From Octopus vulgaris (lineage: Eukaryota), in assembly GCA_951406725.2 (NCBI GenBank), contig OX597814.1:209188001-209252000 (forward strand): a stretch of DNA of 64,000 nucleotides, in the 5' to 3' direction. Below the pieces are notes generated by a model. That model had not been told where the DNA came from and ran no database searches. It saw only the letters and a list, made by a program, of their open reading frames with translations. Each line of letters begins with the position of its first letter. The stretch's first letter is position 1. Shown in pieces: positions 55,671 through 64,000 of this stretch. The position numbers were made by a program, and so were the translations under genes.

Positions 55671-55924
55671 CATACATACATACGTACATGCATACATACA
55701 TACATACATACATACATATACATACATACATACATACATACGTACATGCATACATACATACATACATACATATATACATACATATACATACATACATACG
55801 TACATGCATACATACATACATACATACATATATACATACATATACATACATACATACATACGTACATGCATACATACATACATACATATATACATATATA
55901 TACATACATACATACATACATAGA

Positions 55925-55960
<36 letters not shown>

Positions 55961-56125
55961 CATACATACATACATATATACATACATACATATACATACA
56001 TGCATACATACATACATACATACAAACATACATATATACATACACACATACATACATACATACATACATACATACATACATACATACATACATACATACA
56101 TACTTACATACATACTTACATACAA
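55610..56125. repeat. (CATA)n microsatellite
   Basis: Direct. Confidence 0.96.
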
Positions 56126-58398
56126 TGCAAATACAATCTGTAAGCAAGCGGAACAATAAAAATATGCAAGAATTTTTTCAAGATCGAAATGTGACATTGT
56201 TTTTGTTAAGCACATTCCAAAGATGGAACTTTGTATTTTAGAAACCAAACCCTTCCTTCCAGGAAGAATTCAAATAATAATAAAAAGAAAAGCAGAAGAG
56301 AGTATGCATACATGTGAATATACATGTACATGTATATATGGGGAGAATATATATGGGGAGAATAATGGTTTGTAATTGCTTTAAGACCGAAACTACCTTA
56401 AACCATTGTACACCTAATTTTGTATACTTTATTTCACTTAGCGGAAAAACTAATTCAAATATATCCAATTCCAGCTTCAAAATTCGGGATAAATGCCCGT
56501 TAGAAGCTAACTGCAGGAGGTTTGATGAAGTTTATAAGTGCAAGGTCCTTAATAAATTCCAAAACTTCACAAGATATATTAATTAATATACTATTAATTT
56601 TAAGCAAAGATACTTTGCTCATTTAACTTATTTAAATATAAAAAAAAAAAAAGATCTACTTCTCTCGCAGAACATATACATTACCTTAGGAGAAGGTATT
56701 ATATAATATAGCTTGGTCTATTATTAACTCGGGTCCTTCATGCCAAAGTCAAAATGCCCCCAGTTTGAGGGAATCTATACAAATCCTATCACACAGCCCT
56801 ACATAATTATTCAACAAGCATCATGAAACCTTCGCTATGTGTGTTCATAAATTTTAAAAATCATTTAAGCTTTACTACAAATCTAATTCCAGTAAAACAA
56901 CCATCTCTGATTTTCACTGATATAATATTTAAACATCATAATAAGCTCACTAAATTAAATTAGTATATCAACTCTATTACCGCATCCTTTCATCTTTTTA
57001 TTTGATAAATTCTCCTTTCCCCCTTAATTCATATTAATGCATTATAATTAATCGAATTTCTATTCAGTTACAACACAATTTTTATTAATTGAACACCACT
57101 AGGCCTTCTCTTCTCACGGTTATGGAGCTACACATTGAGTAATAATGTACATAATTAATTTCACCATATTTTTTTCAGGGATTTACTAATATGACATCTA
57201 TTGTCCATTATCCATTATTACTATATTTGCTTCATCCCTGGGCCCTATAATTTCGCTCTACTAGAACTTAGTAAAATGTCATTATTTATTTTTATTTTTC
57301 ATCTTTTTTTTTAGTTTCTTATTCATATCTTTCTAACGGGCATACACTTTCATTAACACTACAAATTTTAAAATTTTAGTAAATTAAAAAATTTGTAGTG
57401 TCAATAATTTTGGTTGCCAATAATCTTAGTAAATGTTATTGATATCTTTTTCTGTCACCATTGTACCGGAACGAGCCCTAAAACACCCCTCACCCCTAGC
57501 CGTATCACGCTCACTCTAGCTGGAGCTATAATTCGAGATGTTCACTTTCTTTTACGACCATTTTATTATGCAATCCTAATCCCCTCCTTCCTATTCTTGC
57601 CATCTAATAACAGTGGCCAACGCTGGCAGTCAGCCATAGGATGAAAGTATCTGACATTTACTATTTTCCCTCCCTTATCTTTCTGTCTATGTGTATAAAT
57701 CCCCTAACCTCTTTCATCATATATGCCCTCACTATACTGACTAGTATATATCTACTCTAATGCATCGACCATTCTATCTTACTGTGGTATACTATTCTTC
57801 CTCAATCCTAATTCACTCTCCATTCATAAATGGAACTTGTAACTTTCATTATTCTTAGCCATGGATTATCATCAAACATTCTCCTTTGGAACTGCTAATA
57901 GACTTTACCAATAGCTTTATTATTCATTCGATCATGGAACTACGTAACTCATATATATTTCAATGTGATCCATCTTTCATTCTTCAACAAACTGGAAAGT
58001 GCCAATATCCTCCATTGAGGATATTCCTTCATTTATATATTTTTCCGACTTATCTCTCTCCGATGGCGGGATACTCACCTTATGGAATCCACATGCTTAG
58101 CTACTCTAGAAATAGCTGCAAGATACTTTGTATATATTCTCTATCTAAATTAAATGGTTTTTACGATTGATGCAAAATCTTTTGCTTTATTCATTTTCTA
58201 TTGTTATGTATGTATGCATGCATGTATGTCTCTATGTCTGCATGTTTGTACACATACATACATACATACATACATACATACATACATACATACATACATA
58301 CATACATACATACATACATACATACATACATGTATGTCAGTCCGGTATTATCCGCACAGCTCGAAGTAAGGTGAATGAAAGGCAAATAAGTAACAAGG

Positions 58399-58968
<570 letters not shown>

Positions 58969-59421
58969 CACACATTCATACATACATGCATACACACACA
59001 CACTCATAAAACTGCAGCAATTCATGCTTGTCTGAAAAAGGATTGCACTATAACCTTACCGTATACCAATAATAAACAGACAATAGAGATGATCTATACT
59101 TGTGGGCACAATATGAAGAATTTGCTGTTTTCATGCGAACTGACAAAATCACTGATGGCTTATACCACGACAAAGAGACATCTTTCCTTTGTTTCTCTAG
59201 CTACATTAAAACTTCGCTGAAAATTGGTTATTTTTTGAAAACACCAAGAAATTGTTGTGGTGAAGTATTACAGGTATAAATGTAGGTATATATACACGCA
59301 CACATGCACATAATCATACCATTTTTCCGAAATTCTGCGACTGCGCATTAAGCGTTTCGGTGTTTTATAATAAATCAAAACGCACTATTTGTACCATATG
59401 TAGCGTTTTTTCAGATGGCCA

Positions 59422-59482
59422 GATAACCGAAGAGATGGTGTTGTACATTTCCACTTCGGCATCTGAAACTCAGAGTTTTATC
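59422..59482 (+). ncRNA. Type-I hammerhead ribozyme motif
   Basis: GATAA-CCGAAGA-GATG...CATC-t-GAAA-CTCAGAG-TT-TTATC. Confidence 0.65.
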
Positions 59483-59884
59483 TTGACTATTGAGTAATTG
59501 TAACATATTATTTTATAGATAAATTTCCTCTATCTACATAATATTGAGGTCTCTTTCTTTCTTTTGTTATCTTACAGTTTTTACCAATATATATATATAT
59601 ATATATATCATAATATAAACGACAAAAAGCTTTGTGAAATACAGAAACCCATGATTTAATGACCGAAATAATTTATTTCGCAATTTATCAAGTTGTTAAA
59701 ATTAAAAAGATGGCCTTGTAATTATCTTCAATGCAATCGACATTTGAATGAGCGCGTGGATTTAGAAATGACAGGTGAGGTAATTAAATTCACGGTGAAT
59801 ATAACCTGGGTCTTCCAAATATAAAAATTACACAAACCAATACTGGAATGGTCTATGATGTGTCCGGTAGTTTAGCCTTAATTT

Positions 59885-60440
59885 TCGCCAAGATGTGGTT
59901 TTTAAAATGCGAACTTAAACAACAACAAAAAAAGTATTACACAGTAACTGGAGATTCTTCGAGCTCTTCCAAAAAATAGTTTTTCAAGCGAGCGCATGAA
60001 ACGTCTTTCTGACCCGTTAATATAGAGTTTGTCCTTAGAAAATACTTTCCATCTGGTGTTCTCGTCCCGACGTCTCCAGATTACTGCGAGAAGGTCGTTG
60101 TATGTCTCTTTTAGGGGTGTCTTATGGTTGAAAGATAGTTGTATCTGGGTTTAAATTTTTCTTCAATTCTCGGTCTCTGTCCGGCAGTTGCCTTAATTTG
60201 CTGATACATATGCTTTATAAACAATGAGGGTAAATCGCAGGCCTGCTTTAGAGGACATTTAGATTTATGACTCCATGTGCATTAGTTCTGAGTCACTGAT
60301 TGTTTTTGATATATACCTTTACATTAGGGGGCATGGATATGTGATTTTAATCGTGTGCCGATTAAATATTGCTCTATACGTATGGTTGCTCTGAAACTGA
60401 TTATCTAATTATTATTAGTGATTGGCTAATATTCGGAATT
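59885..60440 (-). pseudogene. Second Naiad-type Penelope-like element fragment (linker + GIY-YIG)
   Basis: NHTYRAIFNRHTIKITYPC..NVK ... KCPLKQAC ... IVYKAYV ... EEKFKPRYN ... RWKVFSK..LYINGSER. Confidence 0.7.
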
Positions 60441-60669
60441 AAGTTCCTAAATACAATAGTATATATATATATATATATACGAATGAGTGGACAAACGAAA
60501 GAAGTGCATTCAACAAATTTGCTGTGAGTTACATGCATGAATCAAACTGTTTTGATCTGAAATTGCAAAGATAATCTGGAACTCAACTGAGGAAAGAAAA
60601 CTCCGAATTACCCGTCCTTGTTTTCTTTGTATCGTCTATCTGGATGTTTTGCGTTCTTGTCCCATTTTG

Positions 60670-60710
<41 letters not shown>

Positions 60711-61364
60711 ACATATGTATATAGTATATCTATATGATGTATATATATAATGTATATATATGAAGTACGCACACACACATACACACCCTCGCATATAGAT
60801 TTAGTGGTTCGTTGAAGATGGTCTTATGTTTCGCTAGTTTAGTAGTAGTGGGAAGCAAGTTCACGTGGAAATGCATTGATACAATCTTGATTAAGGTAAA
60901 AATAAGGGATTTACAAACAGATATAAACTAAAAGCATGAATAAGTTAAGAGAATTGCATAATGCTAAATTCAGCTTTTTTTGAAGAAAATTTTGGGTATT
61001 AAAATAATTGGATTTGTAGGTTATTGATTTTAATGCCTTCTATAGTAAGAATATCGAGTTAATTATTCAATAATTTACAGAATATTCTGCTTGTCTGCGC
61101 TATGATTCTCCAACGTAGGGAGGTTTTAAAATACGCCTAGTGTCTCCAAGTAAAATTCAAGCTCTGAGCATATTGCATTTACAAGTTTTAAATGAAGACA
61201 GTAGAACAAGAGAAACGACGAGAAATCTTTTTCCATTGTCCTCATTGGTAACTTTTATAGGCCTATAGGCCATGTTCTCAGAGCCAGAAGATGAATTGAA
61301 GACAGGCGTGTTTTAAAACCTGCCTAGATTAGATCTTCAATGTATGAAACTATTAGTAGCTCCA

Positions 61365-61403
<39 letters not shown>

Positions 61404-61421
61404 TAATACGTGACCTCGTGA

Positions 61422-61630
61422 GTACCGCTTGGCGATTTTTTTCCTCTGTCTTCCCTTCTCGGGATCTTTCCTTCTCCTATGTTTCCGACGAAGAGCTCCG
61501 CTCGAAACGTTAAACCCTCCTTCTTCCCTTCTTTCCTGAGCGTCCAATAATACTTTATTTGTTCCACGTCCTCGCGTTGTTGTGTTTTTTTTTGTTTTTT
61601 GTGTTTTCTTGTTTGGATTAACTTTATATA
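61422..61630 (+). mobile_element. Short HHR-bearing element ending in (TA)n
   Basis: HHR at 61481-61515, GTTT-CCGACGA...GAAACGTT-AAAC. Confidence 0.75.
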
Positions 61631-61654
61631 TAAATATACTCTCTTATATACACA

Positions 61655-61930
61655 CGCACCTTCGTGTTAGGGGTCATCTTTACTTTGTTAACTCCCCTAC
61701 TTCTTCGCTCTCCTGTGTGACCCTTCTGTCCGGCAGTCGCCATCATAGATCGGTAGCCACTACACACATTTTTTTCTCTCCCTGTTTTTTTCTGTGTCCC
61801 TTTCTGTAGAAGAGCGTAGACTCGAAACGTAAAAGACTTTTTCAATTCCTGAGCGTTATACTAATACATCTGTTTGTTTTGTACACCACCTGTCTTCGTA
61901 TTTTGTTTTTTTCGTGAACCCTCCCTATAT
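61655..61930 (+). mobile_element. Related HHR-bearing element ending in (TA)n
   Basis: CTTT-CTGTAGA-a-GAG(CGTAGA)CTC-GAAA-CGTA-AAAG at 61800-61835; 3' tail also found inverted at 9176-9237. Confidence 0.65.
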
Positions 61931-63136
61931 AAATATATATATATATATACATAATTATATGTAATTTAGAATTTAGAGTGGTTGGACGTATTTGGCGTCT
62001 ATATCTAGCATATAGGCATGGTAGCTTCTGTGCCCTTAATTATAATTGTATTCTATACAATTATATATCTTTATATATGAATTTTACCTAAAATGTTATT
62101 TTTACATGCTGGCCACTGATAAAATCCATTAAATTTAATGATTTTATCCTTTAATTATGTTTACACACATACATACATACATGCACACACACATATATGA
62201 CTAGAACACATCTAAACGTAGTTCTACTTGACCAGGATAAATTCGAGATTAACAAAGACAACTTCAGAAACAATAATATCAGGCATGCAGAAATAGAGAG
62301 CGGACGATGGAGAATACACAACGCATTCAGACTGTAACAAAATACTATATGACATATAATTAACCCCTTCATGTCAGAATTTGCTGTATGATCCTCAACT
62401 AGACAAAACTATGGATCTGAAGGCCGCTTTACGTTGCTTGACTGACGACATAAGTCTGCTCTGTTCTGACCGAGTTGAGGATATACATCAACGATTAGAG
62501 CGCACGAAATAGTAGTTGTTGGACATCGTCTTCGCCTATTTTTTTTTACTCTGTTTTCGTCTCTCTCTTTATTTCTAATCTCTATCTCTGTTTCCTTTTC
62601 TCTCTCTCTATATATATATCTTTCTCTCTGTCTTTATCTTTTTCTCTCCCTGGTTTTTGTTTTTCCTCCTGAATCACTTTCACGGCAAGAAGTGAATATC
62701 CTCTCATGCAGTATAAATTAATATAGCAGATTCATACTCATGTCTCTAGAAAAAGAAGCCGTTTGTCCAATATGTTATCCAATCGGTCATTTAACCCCCT
62801 CTGTGCACACACACACACACATACTCAAATACGCATGCACCTCGCCTATACACACATACATCCTCATATAAGCACATACACGCTGTCTCTCTCCCTCCTT
62901 TCCTCACCCTCTCTCTCTCTCCTTCCTTCTCTTTCTCCCGTTCACATATTGTTCAACAGAAGAAAGCTAATTTCCCATTAAAACAGACAGTGTTGATGCT
63001 GCTGGTTACAAGATTAATGCTATTTTGGGAACCATGGGAATCCATTTGGATCAATGGGAGATAATTCAACAGCAAATAAATAAAACAAAACATTTATGGC
63101 TGTGTAACACTGATAGGGCATTATGAGGCACTGCTG

Positions 63137-63966
63137 TGCGTGTGTGCTTGTGTGCATATGTGTGTGTATGTGCGTGTGTCTGTAAGCGTGTGTGTGTGTG
63201 TATGTCTCAGTGTGCGTGAGTTTGTGTTTGGTATTGTGTGTATGTGCATGCGTATGTATGTGCGTGTGTGTCTGTGTGTATGTGTGTATGCATGTCTATA
63301 CGTGTTAGTATTTTTGTCATTATATATATATATCAGTGCTTGTGTGTGTATGTGTGCGTGTGTCTGTAAGCGTGTGTTTGTGTGTATGTCTCAGTGTGCG
63401 TGAGTTTGTGTTTGGTATTGTGTGTATGCGTATGCGTGTGTGTGTGTGTACCTGTGTGTATGTGTATGCATGTCTATACGTGTTAGTATTTTTGTCATTA
63501 TATATATATATATATCAGTGCCTGTGTGTGTATGTGTGCGTGTGTCTGTAAGCGTGTGCCTGAGTTTGTGTATATGTGTGTGTTTTGGTATTGTGTGTAT
63601 GCGCATGCGTATATGTGTGTGTGTGTCTGTGTGTATGTGTGTATGTGTATGCATGTCTATACGTGTCAGTATTTTTGTCATTATATATATATCAGTGCTT
63701 GTGTGTGTATGTGTGCGTTTGTTTGTGTCTGTTGTGTGTCTGTGCTTCTGGGTGCGCATATCTATTTGTGTGTAAGGCTGTGTATATTTAGGTGTGTGTG
63801 TGTGTGTGTCTCAGTATGTGAGCGCATGTATGTGTGTATGTGTGTGTATGCGTTCGCATGTATGTCAGTATGTGTCAGTATAATTTGTCATAGTGCTCAT
63901 CTGATTTGTTTGACGCAATGAATAAGCATATGAGCCTGTATGCGTGTGTGTGCGTGCGTGCTTATG

Positions 63967-64000
<34 letters not shown>
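63137..64000. repeat. (TG)-rich satellite with three ~170-bp higher-order units
   Basis: CATGTCTATACGTGT(T/C)AGTATTTTTGTCATTATATA recurs at ~63291, 63470 and 63652. Confidence 0.9.

Noticed and set aside
63137-63730. CRISPR-like repeat/spacer pattern
   Set aside because: Eukaryotic tandem satellite with non-unique spacers and no cas genes

Overview
AT-rich, microsatellite-saturated animal genomic DNA, most likely an octopus/coleoid cephalopod judging by the SINE families (inference). No intact host protein-coding gene is evident, and almost all ORFs in the track are microsatellite read-throughs. The window holds several tRNA-derived SINE families, decayed Tc1/mariner transposons, non-autonomous Helitrons, R4/Dong-like RLE LINE fragments nested in (TAA)n/(TACA)n, and two decayed Penelope-like (Naiad-type GIY-YIG) fragments. 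Two signals stand out. (1) About 15 type-I hammerhead-ribozyme (HHR)-like motifs, most in short elements inserted in (TA)n. These elements are often fold-back palindromes, several share a covarying 3' RNA structure, and one has a tRNA/Pol III head fused to an HHR tail. (2) A split, decayed ORF with a signal peptide and motif order resembling a rhabdovirus-type G glycoprotein (candidate endogenous viral element), bracketed by a ~550-bp inverted duplication of LINE fragments. All structures were read by eye; no folding or database search was run.
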